From a virus: DNA of 64,000 nt. Shown here in pieces: positions 9,281 through 19,365 of this stretch. Numbering within the stretch: position 1 is the stretch's first letter; the number at the start of each line of letters is the position of its first letter. The DNA is taken from positions 1 to 64,000 of the IMG/VR virus record IMGVR_UViG_3300032144_000003; one strand, 5' to 3'. The notes below the pieces were generated by a model. That model made no database searches. It saw only the letters and a program-made list of their open reading frames with translations, and was not told the origin of the DNA. The position numbers and the translations under genes are program-made.

Positions 9281-11308
9281 ATGGCAATTGAACGTGATGT
9301 AGTCATCACCCTGAAGCTGAAAAGCGACACGGCTGCCGCTGGCCAGTTCCGCAAAGAGATTCAGTCTGCCTATGGAGCGGCAGCAAAAGCAAGCGCACAG
9401 GCCGATAAGGGGACGGACGCGGTGAGCAAGCGCATCTCCAAGATGGAGAAGGACGCGACGAAGCTGGAGAAAGACCTCGACCGTATTCGGATCAATCGGG
9501 AAAAGAAAGAGGCGGCTGCGGCGCAGGCGGAAGAACGGCAATTGCAGCGGGTATTCGCGAACCGCATGAAGCTGTTGGACCGGATCGAGAAAGAGCGTCA
9601 GCAGAAACTGAAGCAGCAGGAGCGGGACGATGCCGCTGCGGCAAAATCTTGGGAGAAGCAGCAAAAGGATGCCGAGAAGAGTGCAACGCAGTCGATGAAG
9701 GCAATTGAGAAAGCGCAGCGGGATCGTGAAGCCGCGACCGCGCGGGCTGACGCCACGCATCAGCAGGCGACTGGCAAACTCCAGGCCGCGAACCAGAAGG
9801 TTATCACGTCCACCAGAGAAGCTGGTGAAGGCTTCCTGCGAATGGCCAGGGGACTGGCGATTCTCGGCATCTCCGGGGAAGAGAATCTGGCGATCTTCGC
9901 CAAGCACTTCGTGATGATCCAGGCCGGGTTCGACGTGTTCTCCGGCGGCCTCAAGGTGATCCTGAGCGTCAAGGACGCCTACGTGGCCCTGGCATCAGCG
10001 CAGAAGGCCGCAGCCATTGCCGGGGCGGCAGCGGCAGCGGCGGGGCTGGGTGGTGGCGCGGCGGGCGGCGCAGCCAGAGCGGGCGGGTCGATGCTGGGTA
10101 ACTTCGGAGCGGGAGCCGCCGGGGCTGGGGCGGCCACGTGGGGAGGTCGTCTGGCGGGAATGGCGTCTGGGGCTGGCGCTGGCCTTAAAGCCGCTGCCAC
10201 GGGAACCTTGGGGCTGGCGGGAGCAGGCTACGCCATCGGCTCATCGGTCAATCAGGTCACGGGCCGCATGGGCATGCCGAATATCGGTAACGCCATTTGG
10301 AAAGATCGCGGCGGCTCAAGTAACTCTGAACGCTTTGACGTCGCATTCATTTCAATGATCAAAGCCAAGTTCTTCGATCTCGCCAAAAGTGCGGACGCCG
10401 TGAAGGCCGCCGAACAAAAGCGGCTGGTGGTGATCGAAGCCGTGCGTCAGGCTGAACTGCAAATGGTCAATCTGCGGGGTCAGACGCAGGCCGGTCTGGA
10501 GAGCATCGCGTCACGGCGTGACCGGGCGCTGGGGCTGAGTGATGGAGAAGCGTCGGGCCGGGCGCGAGGCAGGCTGGCGTCGGCATTGGAGCGGGAAGAA
10601 GCCGCGATGGCCAACGCCCGGCGGGACAACCCCGATGCGATCCTGGCGCATCAGCAGAACATTCTGTCAATCAAGGAACAGATTGCCCAGGTGGATGAGT
10701 CGGCGGCGGAATCCGCCAAGCGCACCAAAGAGGAACTGACGCAGCAGCTTGACCGCGCCAATCAACTGTTGCAGGCCAGCCGGGAACGCATCCGGGCTGA
10801 AGAGGCGGGAGCCAAGTCCAATCTAGCGAAGTTCGGCGAACTCGACATCACGCAACAGCAGTCCCTGCGGAAGATCAGCGAGAAGCTGCAGTCAGGCGGC
10901 AAGCTCAATCAACCGGAAGCGGACATTCTGAAGAACAGCGGTTTGGGCGGTCGCTTTGCCGAAGACTTCTATGCCGACAAGGGCCGCGCCGCGGGTGGGG
11001 AAAATGTCCTGCGCGGGCTGGGAGAGATGGACGCTCTCGAAGCCGCCCGGCGTGACGAAGCCGAGAAGGTGGCCGAAGTCGCCCGGCTCCGGGTCGAAGA
11101 ACAGCAGGCGATTGAGCGGCACACGGAGACGACGAATCGGCTGGTGGAATCGCTGGGCCGCTTGGAAGCGGTGTTTCAGGAACTGGCCCGGTTGCAGGAA
11201 CAGCAGATCAACCGCCAGCGGGATCAGACGATCAACCCCGTTCAGGCTACGGCGGGAGCGCTGCAAGGTGGCGCGCGTCAGACGGGCATTCAACAGGTCT
11301 GGGAGTAA
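9281..11308 (+). CDS. tail tape measure protein
   Basis: 675 aa with long coiled-coil segments and a Gly/Ala-rich hydrophobic core (AAAAAGLGGGAAGGAARAGG...). It follows the G/GT chaperone. Confidence 0.8.
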   Translation: MAIERDVVITLKLKSDTAAAGQFRKEIQSAYGAAAKASAQADKGTDAVSKRISKMEKDATKLEKDLDRIRINREKKEAAAAQAEERQLQRVFANRMKLLDRIEKERQQKLKQQERDDAAAAKSWEKQQKDAEKSATQSMKAIEKAQRDREAATARADATHQQATGKLQAANQKVITSTREAGEGFLRMARGLAILGISGEENLAIFAKHFVMIQAGFDVFSGGLKVILSVKDAYVALASAQKAAAIAGAAAAAAGLGGGAAGGAARAGGSMLGNFGAGAAGAGAATWGGRLAGMASGAGAGLKAAATGTLGLAGAGYAIGSSVNQVTGRMGMPNIGNAIWKDRGGSSNSERFDVAFISMIKAKFFDLAKSADAVKAAEQKRLVVIEAVRQAELQMVNLRGQTQAGLESIASRRDRALGLSDGEASGRARGRLASALEREEAAMANARRDNPDAILAHQQNILSIKEQIAQVDESAAESAKRTKEELTQQLDRANQLLQASRERIRAEEAGAKSNLAKFGELDITQQQSLRKISEKLQSGGKLNQPEADILKNSGLGGRFAEDFYADKGRAAGGENVLRGLGEMDALEAARRDEAEKVAEVARLRVEEQQAIERHTETTNRLVESLGRLEAVFQELARLQEQQINRQRDQTINPVQATAGALQGGARQTGIQQVWE

Positions 11309-11317
11309 TCGAGTCCA

Positions 11318-12082
11318 GTGAAGTACGCGTACTCGACATATACGAGCGACAGCTACGAAGTCCTCAGTTCTCCGATCAGCTACACGGAGCTACTGTCAGG
11401 GACAGGCTTCATGTACGCCGTGGAACTCGTGCACCGGATCAATGGACGCATCATCCGTAGTACGCAGACGGAACTGATCACCCGCATTGACGACCTGTTG
11501 GATGCGTCGCGCGTGCGTGGCGGGAATCTGACCTACCTGACCAGCGACAACATCCCCGTCGGCCTGTCGCTCGACTCCGTGGACACGCTGGGGGGGATTG
11601 GATGCAGCGTCGTTTCACTTCCGCAAGCCATCGCCGGTGAGATGGGGCTGTTCGTCGATTACAGCCTGGAGTTCAACGCCATCATTCCCGTCGGCGCAGC
11701 GGCCAGCAACGGCAATCCAGTGGTGGAGTTCAGCGAAGAGGTCAGCGCCCGCAACCCGCATGGGCTGGGTGAATTCATCATGGTGCCCATCGAGGCTGAC
11801 CGTCCCCAGCGGCATGATACCTATCCGTTCTTATCGTCGTCGTACGTTCAGACCGGAAGAGTCGTCTGGCTGAGACAGGGACCGCCGGAGCCAATCGGAG
11901 TGATTCCACCCCCCTTGAGTCCGGTGGACGTGCACTGGAGCGAAGTCACCATCACGCGGCCTGTGTCCCTCAAGATCGTCAACGGCACGCGGATGTTCTT
12001 CGCGGTCGATTACAGCTACCCGATGGAACTGCGCCAGCCGCTGCCGGGATCGGCATGGCAGCCGCGACTAACGTACCCGTAA
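11318..12082 (+). CDS. putative distal tail protein
   Basis: GTG start. 254 aa, directly after the tape measure. Assignment is by position only. Confidence 0.4.
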   Translation: MKYAYSTYTSDSYEVLSSPISYTELLSGTGFMYAVELVHRINGRIIRSTQTELITRIDDLLDASRVRGGNLTYLTSDNIPVGLSLDSVDTLGGIGCSVVSLPQAIAGEMGLFVDYSLEFNAIIPVGAAASNGNPVVEFSEEVSARNPHGLGEFIMVPIEADRPQRHDTYPFLSSSYVQTGRVVWLRQGPPEPIGVIPPPLSPVDVHWSEVTITRPVSLKIVNGTRMFFAVDYSYPMELRQPLPGSAWQPRLTYP

Positions 12083-12086
12083 ACCT

Positions 12087-15000
12087 ATGGCGTTTCATTC
12101 GATTACTTATCCGGGATTCGATCAGCGCACGGGAAATGCGTCCGTGCCGTGGAGTCGAGGGACGGAACCGTCGATCATCCAGATTGACGTGGCCCCGGAC
12201 TACTCTCCTAACCCGGCGATCGGCAACGTCTCCTTGACGGTGGATGGCGTGCCCACCGTGACGTTTTACGACTGTGCTGGGGATGGCGTCAGCTACTCCA
12301 GCCAAGGTGGCATCTATTCGACGACGATCCTTGACCGGCGGTGGCGGTGGGTCAAGGCTGGGGGCTACATCAGCGGGCACTGGAACCGCCGGTTCACGGA
12401 CGGGTCGATTGTCACCGGGACGGAGAAGTCGCCCAAACAGTTGATTGAACTGCTGCTGGTGGCGCTGGGCGAAACCGGTTACGACACGTCGGCGGTCACG
12501 GCCTCACTGGACGATCCCCCGGAAGTGGTCTGGGATCATGTGCACGTCGTCGATGCACTGAGTTCGCTGCTTCAGGTGCTGGGTCTGGACCTCGTGCTAC
12601 GGCTGACGCCCGGCAACCCCGTCAGGATCGTCGTGCCGGGCGTGGGGGACTCGCTCCCCGTGGTGGCGAGACAGGACCGGCGGGTTACAACGGCGGGCAT
12701 TGCCATCCCCGCGGCTCTGGCGCTGATTGGCGGGGAAACGCAGGTCGAATGCCTGCTGGAGCTGGAGCCGGTCGGGATCGACGACGACGACCAATGGAAG
12801 CCGGTCGATGACCTCGACATGACTCCGTCAGGCGGCTGGCTACTGGAGAACCCGGAAACTTTCTCCGGCATCACCGGGGCGAGCGATGCCGCCAAGAAGC
12901 TCCGCGTGGACAAAGCCCGCTCTACGGTCTTCAAGGCATACCGCGTGGTCGGTCCGGCGCATGGTGGAACGGAGATTCCGGGCATCGGGTTCACCGTCGA
13001 TGAGGTGTGGCAGTACATCCTGTCGGATCAGCTTTTAGAGAAGATCGTCCGGGCCGACAACCAACTGCAACGCAAACCTGCCGAGTTGTTCGGCCTGTGG
13101 TGGCGCGGTGGCTTCAACATGGACAACGAGGTGTTCGGCACCAAGTACGACGGTTCAATCAGCGTACTCAGCGATCAGCCGATTGTGATGGTCGATAAGC
13201 CGCTCCGCCGGATCGTGACGCTCAGCGACACGGAGACGGAGTTCGGCTATGCCAAGCTGTACCTCAAGACCGCGTTCACGCTGCGGTACAACGTGACTCG
13301 TGCTCCGGTCCGGCATATCCGGTCATTGACGCTCAACAGCAACGGGTCAGGGTCATTGCCGATCCGGCATGAGGACGTTTATCGTCAGGTCCGGATCACT
13401 CACAGCGCCAACGTCGGCGCGGAAACGTGGTCACTCGGCACCGTCACGGATTCACTGGCCGATGCCAATGCCCAGGCGGATTATTACCTGACGGCGGAAG
13501 CGAGACTGATTCAGCCCGTCACGGGGGAGGACAACCCCTACGCTGGTTTTCTGCCGATCGAACTGGACGGCAAGATTGCGCAGGTGACATGGCAGTTGCA
13601 GGGGGGCGTGGCCACCACCAGGGCGTCCACAAGCAGCGAGCATTCCAACGTTATTCCCAAGCCCAACGCCCGGCGCAGGCTGCGGGCCAACAAGACGCGG
13701 GAGAAGCAGGAGCAGCCGGACAAGGCAGGCGTGAAGGCCCGGCCCGGCCAGGACAACGGCGGGGTATCTTCACCAGTAGCGGCGTCGGCAACCAGTCCGG
13801 AACTGTTGTCGGCGAAAGTCCAGTACCCATCCGAATCGGTGCGCGGACTCCAGTGTAAGAACGTGTCGGCGTCGATCGATATTCCGCCGTGGTGCCCGTT
13901 CAAGATGGTGGATGACTCCGCACCGGCGGATTCGAACGACGTGCGGGACAAGGTGCTCAAGGTCATCCCGCTGACTGAGACGACGGACGAGATCGGCGGC
14001 ATGGATGCGCAGGCCGTGGGGTTCGCTGGTCCGTTGGGGATTGCGTCCGGTGACATCGGGATCGGCACGTTCACGTTTCCGACGCTGGCGTTGATCGCAG
14101 GGTCCGTATCTCCGGGTCCGGTTTATGCGGGGCCGGATGAACTGCAATTGGTGACGGACGAGCCAGCCAGTTCGTACGCGCAGTTTCAGGCGATGCACAA
14201 GGTCGAGGACGTGGGCGACCATGAACTGTGGCTGGTCAATCAGTCCGCTCCAGGTGTCACGGACACGATCATCCAGCAGGGGGCCGGAACGTGCGGTTGC
14301 GGTGTGCAGTACCAGCGTGGTTCGCAGTCTGTGACGCTCAACAGCGTGGCGTATGAGCACGCGACGACGTACACGATTGGCACGGCGTGCTTTACCGGGA
14401 CGTGGCCGTTTCCTGAAGCGACGTTTGATTCGGGGTCTGACTGGACAACGCCGGAGGAAGAACTGCCTGGGTTCGAGTGCTACACCGGGTCTGTCGAGGG
14501 GCAGTTGACGCTGACGCCGTGCGGGTTCGAGACGATCTGCGGCGTGGATGTGCTGCAGGCGACGATTACGCTGGCGACGACGACGAACGATTGTCAGGAC
14601 GAGTCGGCGGAAGATGTGACGGACGACCCGGCGGCGGTGTGGGTCTGCCGGAACTGGAACCCGTTGGGGCCGACGAGCACGTTCGAGTTGGTAGGGGGGA
14701 CGAAGGCTGGGGAGTGGACGCTGCCGAAGTTCTTGTGCGTCCATCCGCAAGCACAGGAGGTGATCTGCCAGGATTTGGTAATGCCGCTGATATACGCGGA
14801 GGTTGGTGCTGGCAACGCCGGGACTTTTCTGTGCAGCGGAGGCACCTGCGAGGAGCCGCCGTTTTCAACATTTCTGGAATTTCCAAGCGCGCCGGCAAGC
14901 TGTGCGGGCGCATCGGCGCAGCTACCTGGCGAGTGTCACACACAACCTTCCACACAGTACGTTTCCGCACAATTGGCTATTATATCGGTAAACCAAGTGT

Positions 15001-15170
15001 GGGTCGAAGTGTCAGCTCAACCACGCTTTTCAGTGTCCGTGATGCTCGGGACGACAGAAGAATTACCAACTGTGCTAGACCGATGGGCTGCTGCAATGGG
15101 GGCGTATAGTCTCGTAGACGCAAATGGTCTGTGTGCGAACTTGAGCGTTACTCTATTTCAAGCGGTATGA
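12087..15170 (+). CDS. large tail tip / hub (host-specificity-like) protein
   Basis: 1027 aa, following the tape measure and distal tail genes, with a Cys-rich C-terminal region. Assignment is by size and position. Confidence 0.5.
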   Translation: MAFHSITYPGFDQRTGNASVPWSRGTEPSIIQIDVAPDYSPNPAIGNVSLTVDGVPTVTFYDCAGDGVSYSSQGGIYSTTILDRRWRWVKAGGYISGHWNRRFTDGSIVTGTEKSPKQLIELLLVALGETGYDTSAVTASLDDPPEVVWDHVHVVDALSSLLQVLGLDLVLRLTPGNPVRIVVPGVGDSLPVVARQDRRVTTAGIAIPAALALIGGETQVECLLELEPVGIDDDDQWKPVDDLDMTPSGGWLLENPETFSGITGASDAAKKLRVDKARSTVFKAYRVVGPAHGGTEIPGIGFTVDEVWQYILSDQLLEKIVRADNQLQRKPAELFGLWWRGGFNMDNEVFGTKYDGSISVLSDQPIVMVDKPLRRIVTLSDTETEFGYAKLYLKTAFTLRYNVTRAPVRHIRSLTLNSNGSGSLPIRHEDVYRQVRITHSANVGAETWSLGTVTDSLADANAQADYYLTAEARLIQPVTGEDNPYAGFLPIELDGKIAQVTWQLQGGVATTRASTSSEHSNVIPKPNARRRLRANKTREKQEQPDKAGVKARPGQDNGGVSSPVAASATSPELLSAKVQYPSESVRGLQCKNVSASIDIPPWCPFKMVDDSAPADSNDVRDKVLKVIPLTETTDEIGGMDAQAVGFAGPLGIASGDIGIGTFTFPTLALIAGSVSPGPVYAGPDELQLVTDEPASSYAQFQAMHKVEDVGDHELWLVNQSAPGVTDTIIQQGAGTCGCGVQYQRGSQSVTLNSVAYEHATTYTIGTACFTGTWPFPEATFDSGSDWTTPEEELPGFECYTGSVEGQLTLTPCGFETICGVDVLQATITLATTTNDCQDESAEDVTDDPAAVWVCRNWNPLGPTSTFELVGGTKAGEWTLPKFLCVHPQAQEVICQDLVMPLIYAEVGAGNAGTFLCSGGTCEEPPFSTFLEFPSAPASCAGASAQLPGECHTQPSTQYVSAQLAIISVNQVWVEVSAQPRFSVSVMLGTTEELPTVLDRWAAAMGAYSLVDANGLCANLSVTLFQAV

Positions 15171-17032
15171 CCTGCACCTACGCCTCCCCCGTCGGCTCCC
15201 GCGTCGCCTGCCATCACCCGCAGATTGCGAAAGGCAAGAAATACAGATTCGTTGCCGCCAGCCGCTGCGAGACATGCCAGTACCGGACGCATCCCGGCAC
15301 GCCAACGGAAGCCCCGCCTGTTGTCGAGTGCATGCACCGGGGCGAGGCGGAAGCCATCCTGGCGAACTGTGGCTGCCAAGGGATCAAGACGCTCGACCTG
15401 TACCAGTGCGAACTGCTGCATCAGCCATGCGCGAAGACGGTCCTCGACCATGAACGGATCAAGGAAACGCTCCGGCGGTCCCTGGATGAGAAATACGTCA
15501 TCTCCTGTCCCGGCTGTCCGCACCGTGCCGCTGTGGGACAGCGACCGCAGAACCTGCACGTTATCACCTGCCTGTTCAACCCGACGAACTCAGACCGTTT
15601 GCGTGCGAACTATCGGCGGTTTCTGGCGGGCATCAAAGTCCCGCTGCACACGGTGGAACTGCTGCTACCCGGACAGAAGCCCATCGCCGATCATGGCATC
15701 TACCTGTACGGGGATCCCCGGAAACACCTGTTGTGGCAGAAAGAACGGCTGCTGAACATTGCCCTGTCCCGGCTGCCGGGCGAAGCTGATGCTGTGGCAT
15801 GGATCGACGCCGACATTCTGTTCCCCGACGATACATGGGTGGACAAGACGCTCGACATGCTCAAGGACTACCACGTCGGCCAACTGTGGGCACAGGCGGA
15901 ATGGTTGGGTCCGGATGGCGAGCCGGTCGAACAGGACAAGTTCGTCATTGGCACGGTGTACAAGGCAGCCTCACGCATCCAGAAGCATGGGCATCCCGGC
16001 ATGGCGTGGGCGGCACGTCGTGAGTTCCTCGATGCCATCGGTGGGTTCTTCGACGCGGAAGCAGCCGTCGGCGGGGGCGATTCGTGGATGGCGGCGGCGT
16101 TCCGCGACGACGCTGAGATCCCAGCATGGCGAAACCCAACACCGGGACTGATGGCAGCCTACCAACCGTGGGCGGACAAGGTGCGCGCAATCACCCAGGG
16201 GCGAGTCGGCTACGTGCCGGTCACGATCCGGCACCTGTACCACGGACGCAAGGCAGACCGCCGGTATCAAGAGCGGTTCGAACAGCGGCACGGCTTTGAC
16301 CCGGCGACGGACCTGACAATCGACCACAACGGCCTGTGGGCCTGGACGGGCAACAACCCTGCGCTCGAACAGCACGCTCGCGACCACTTCAAGCGACGCC
16401 AGACTGACACGCTCCCGCACGTCATCGCCATCCGGGCCGCGTACACCGATGCCGAGTTGAGTCAACGGCGATTGGACCTGACCCGGCAGTGGTGCATCCC
16501 GTCCCTGAAGGCACAGACGGCCCCGTACACGCTGCTGATCAAGGTGGACGACTCCGACCCGCACCTGACAGACCGGAAGGCCATGTTCGAATCCGTGGGC
16601 GTTCCTGTGGAGTTTGTGACTCAATGGGGCGGCAATCCAGCGGCGTACATCACCCGCATGGACGACGACGACGCCATTTCGCCAGATTTTATGATCCGGC
16701 TGCAACGCGGCGTCGTTCAGAATCCGGACCACGAATGGTATCAGTTCACGGAGGGGTATCTCGTCAAGGACGGGAAGGCGTGGAACCGCACCTATCCGGC
16801 GAACCAGTTCGTGACAAGACGTTGCACCGCCGGGCAGTCGCCGTATGATAGGGATCACTCGACTGTCACCGGTCATCACGTCATCGACCGCAAACCCGCG
16901 TGGGTCTGGATTCGCCATGCCGACAACAAAAGCCCCGAAAAAGATGAGCACTTGGGCTGCTACGGCGAGCCTCAACGGGTGGACGATTACGCCGACATCT
17001 TCGGTCGCGAAGTGGCGGGGGACAGTCCTTGA
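15167..17032 (+). CDS. two-domain glycosyltransferase (GT-A-like plus rhamnosyltransferase-like)
   Basis: ATGA overlap with the hub gene. The first domain carries VAWIDADILFPDD (DxD). The second carries HVIAIRAAY...CIPSLKAQT... and ITRMDDDDAISPDF, as in putative rhamnosyl transferases. Confidence 0.55.
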   Translation: MTCTYASPVGSRVACHHPQIAKGKKYRFVAASRCETCQYRTHPGTPTEAPPVVECMHRGEAEAILANCGCQGIKTLDLYQCELLHQPCAKTVLDHERIKETLRRSLDEKYVISCPGCPHRAAVGQRPQNLHVITCLFNPTNSDRLRANYRRFLAGIKVPLHTVELLLPGQKPIADHGIYLYGDPRKHLLWQKERLLNIALSRLPGEADAVAWIDADILFPDDTWVDKTLDMLKDYHVGQLWAQAEWLGPDGEPVEQDKFVIGTVYKAASRIQKHGHPGMAWAARREFLDAIGGFFDAEAAVGGGDSWMAAAFRDDAEIPAWRNPTPGLMAAYQPWADKVRAITQGRVGYVPVTIRHLYHGRKADRRYQERFEQRHGFDPATDLTIDHNGLWAWTGNNPALEQHARDHFKRRQTDTLPHVIAIRAAYTDAELSQRRLDLTRQWCIPSLKAQTAPYTLLIKVDDSDPHLTDRKAMFESVGVPVEFVTQWGGNPAAYITRMDDDDAISPDFMIRLQRGVVQNPDHEWYQFTEGYLVKDGKAWNRTYPANQFVTRRCTAGQSPYDRDHSTVTGHHVIDRKPAWVWIRHADNKSPEKDEHLGCYGEPQRVDDYADIFGREVAGDSP

Positions 17033-17237
17033 CCGCTGGGAAGTGCTGTCGTTCTGTGCCGCGTTCACACTGGCGTTCGTGGTCACGATGGCCTGCCTCG
17101 ACTCCCGCATGATCCATGAGCGGCTGTTGCAGGACGAAGCGGAGCGGATGAACCGGAATACGAACCGGATGAACGCCGTGAGCAATGACGCGCTGGGGCT
17201 GCCGGACCAACGGTACGAAATCAAGTACAGGGAGTAA
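17028..17237 (+). CDS. possible small membrane protein
   Basis: TTG 17028 overlaps the glycosyltransferase stop. It contains a hydrophobic span VLSFCAAFTLAFVVTMACL. Support is weak. Confidence 0.25.
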   Translation, partial: LDRWEVLSFCAAFTLAFVVTMACLDSRMIHERLLQDEAERMNRNTNRMNAVSNDALGLPDQRYEIKYRE

Positions 17238-17239
17238 CG

Positions 17240-17584
17240 ATGCGAGCGCCCATTGAGGAACGCGAGATTGACTCGACCGACGCATTCTTGGCGCGATGCA
17301 CAAGCGCAGCACAAGCCGGACAACTACAGGCAGCAATCGTGAGTATTCACACGAGAATTGCCGAGCTTTGCATGTCAGGCAATTTCCGCGAGTGCGACGC
17401 CATGCTCAGGGCTATTGACCCCACAAAGATCGGAGGGGAAATGATGCTGTCGTTCTACATGGCGACGGCCAGTTGTAGCGATCTACTGGAATATCGCGCA
17501 GCATTCGCAGGCAAACTACGGGCGAAGCTGGAAGAGGAATTGGGAACCGAGGAAGCGAGCGAGATTTTAAGGTGCATCCGGTGA
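17240..17584 (+). CDS. hypothetical protein
   Basis: 114-aa helical ORF. Confidence 0.35.
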   Translation: MRAPIEEREIDSTDAFLARCTSAAQAGQLQAAIVSIHTRIAELCMSGNFRECDAMLRAIDPTKIGGEMMLSFYMATASCSDLLEYRAAFAGKLRAKLEEELGTEEASEILRCIR

Positions 17585-17586
17585 CG

Positions 17587-18276
17587 ATGCGTGACTACCA
17601 GCCCGTCCCATTCGCTGAAGCTGGCAAAGTACAGGTACGTTTGCAGGGCGTCTCGGAACTGAAACCCAGAGCGATCACCGTGGAGGACTGTGACGACATG
17701 CCGAAGCCGGAATGGATCATCGAGGCGACCAAGCACCGCACGGACTGGACGATCGAGGAACTCTACGATCTGGTCTGCGGCACGCCGTCGGATATCAGCG
17801 AGCATTTGCCGCTGCTGCGGGACCTTGTGATCGAGCACTGCGATTCCGTCACTGAGTTTGGCATGCGCCACGGCGTGTCAACGATTGCCCTGCTGGCTGG
17901 CGGGCCGTGCTGGTTGACAAGCTACGACCTCGTGCCGTCACCGATGGCCACGCTGCTGATGCGAGCCGACGAAGCGTTCTCTTTCATCGAGGGTGACTCC
18001 CGCAACGTCACGATTCGACCGACGGACCTGCTGTTTATCGACACAGTTCACACGTACGCGCAGCTCCACGCCGAACTCACCCGCCACGCCGACAAGGTGG
18101 CAAAGTACATCGTGCTGCATGACACCGCGACGTACGGCGAGGTCGGTGAAGACGGCGGGCCGGGACTGGACAAGGCCGTGTCCGAACTGATCGAGCGTGG
18201 GCGGTGGGAGGTGCAGGAGCACCACCGGAACAACAACGGGCTGACGGTGCTGCGGAGAACTGGCGGCACGCATTGA
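17587..18276 (+). CDS. class I SAM-dependent methyltransferase (Methyltransf_24/CmcI-like)
   Basis: Motifs SVTEFGMRHGVSTIALLAGG ... DLLFIDTVHTYAQLHAELTRHADKVAKYIVLHD. The track ORF begins at GTG 17572. Confidence 0.55.
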   Translation: MRDYQPVPFAEAGKVQVRLQGVSELKPRAITVEDCDDMPKPEWIIEATKHRTDWTIEELYDLVCGTPSDISEHLPLLRDLVIEHCDSVTEFGMRHGVSTIALLAGGPCWLTSYDLVPSPMATLLMRADEAFSFIEGDSRNVTIRPTDLLFIDTVHTYAQLHAELTRHADKVAKYIVLHDTATYGEVGEDGGPGLDKAVSELIERGRWEVQEHHRNNNGLTVLRRTGGTH

Positions 18277-18306
18277 CGCGGCAACGCCACGTGATACAGT
18301 GGGGGG

Positions 18307-18564
18307 ATGAAACCCACACTCTACGGCACGGCTGCGGCCACTGCTCTGATTTCTCAACTGCGCGGTGAGCCTGTTTCCCGCCGCACAGTCCAGCGGGCTG
18401 CGAAAGACCACGGCGTTGGCACGCGGGTTGGATCGACTCTCGCCCTCACGGAAGCCGACTGCAAGCGGCTGGCGAAGCTGATTCCGGGCGTTGAAGGACG
18501 ACACAAGTTCGAAGCCGGAAACGACTTGTGGAAACTCGGAAAAAACCAGAAGAATTCCCGCTAA
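18307..18564 (+). CDS. hypothetical protein (possible HTH)
   Basis: 85 aa. AATALISQLRGEPVSRRTVQRAAKDHG resembles a helix-turn-helix. Confidence 0.35.
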   Translation: MKPTLYGTAAATALISQLRGEPVSRRTVQRAAKDHGVGTRVGSTLALTEADCKRLAKLIPGVEGRHKFEAGNDLWKLGKNQKNSR

Positions 18565-18569
18565 ACTCA

Positions 18570-18597
18570 TTGACGCGGACGCGACGATAGGTATAAT
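18570..18597 (+). promoter_or_regulatory. near-consensus sigma70-type promoter
   Basis: TTGACG (18570-75), a 16-nt spacer, then TATAAT (18592-97). Confidence 0.6.
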
Positions 18598-18634
18598 ACA
18601 TCCATGACGCGAACGACTGATCGAGTGAATCAGC

Positions 18635-18669
18635 GACGCGGCCAACAGCCCTGGCAGGGGCAGGAGAAA
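18635..18669 (+). repeat. 35-nt leader repeat, copy 1 (GACGCGGCCAACAGCCCTGGCAGGGGCAGGAGAAA)
   Basis: 34 of 35 nt identical to 19137-19171. It ends in an AGGAGA SD just upstream of ATG 18673. Confidence 0.8.
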
Positions 18670-18672
18670 CGA

Positions 18673-19134
18673 ATGTACGTAGGCAACAGAGAAATAATCA
18701 GCAGTCCACGGGCAATCCTCACGCTCACCGCGTGGACTCCGAGTGGCGACGGATACCACATCGACGTGCAGTGCCCGGGTGAGTACGCCGGACGCGCTGG
18801 GGCGTGGGTCTATGATATCGGCGACTATACGGTCGCATCCGACGAGTCCTATCCTGACGAGGTGCAGGCAGCAGTGACGCGGCTGGCGGCAGTCGACTGG
18901 CATGCCAGTCGACCCGAGAAACTGGAGCAATATTACGAGGATGGCCGACGACAATGGGGGTGGACCCAATACACGGGGGACGAGGCTATCTCGCAGGCCC
19001 ACGCCGACCGCGCCGCTGCGATTGCAGCCGCCAAGGCGGACCCCGTGGCCATGCGGCTCGTCTCTCTGGCGATGGACCTGGTGCGACAGCACGATCACCC
19101 CACGCCGACAGTGTGCCGCTTGCTCGCCGACTGA
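18673..19134 (+). CDS. hypothetical moron protein 1
   Basis: ATG follows the AGGAGA of the repeated leader. 153 aa. The track ORF begins at 18604. Confidence 0.45.
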   Translation: MYVGNREIISSPRAILTLTAWTPSGDGYHIDVQCPGEYAGRAGAWVYDIGDYTVASDESYPDEVQAAVTRLAAVDWHASRPEKLEQYYEDGRRQWGWTQYTGDEAISQAHADRAAAIAAAKADPVAMRLVSLAMDLVRQHDHPTPTVCRLLAD

Positions 19135-19136
19135 CC

Positions 19137-19171
19137 GACGCGGCCAACAGCCCCGGCAGGGGCAGGAGAAA
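19137..19171 (+). repeat. 35-nt leader repeat, copy 2
   Basis: Same sequence as 18635-18669 with one T/C difference, just upstream of ATG 19176. Confidence 0.8.
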
Positions 19172-19175
19172 ACAG

Positions 19176-19358
19176 ATGGCTGTAAAACTTGTCACCAGAC
19201 GTGAATATGACCTCCTTGTCACCCGGTGCCAATCGTGGATGGAACGACATTGGCACGAGTATTCGCGACGCTGGTGCATTGGTGGCGTGTTCGTGTCAGG
19301 GCCAGCCCACGCAATTGAGAATCTGTTAATCCAGATCGATTGGGCTACGCAAGGTTAG
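19176..19358 (+). CDS. hypothetical moron protein 2
   Basis: 60 aa (MAVKLVTRREYDLLVTRCQSW...), preceded by the repeated SD-containing leader. Confidence 0.4.
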   Translation: MAVKLVTRREYDLLVTRCQSWMERHWHEYSRRWCIGGVFVSGPAHAIENLLIQIDWATQG

Positions 19359-19365
19359 TTCTCCT

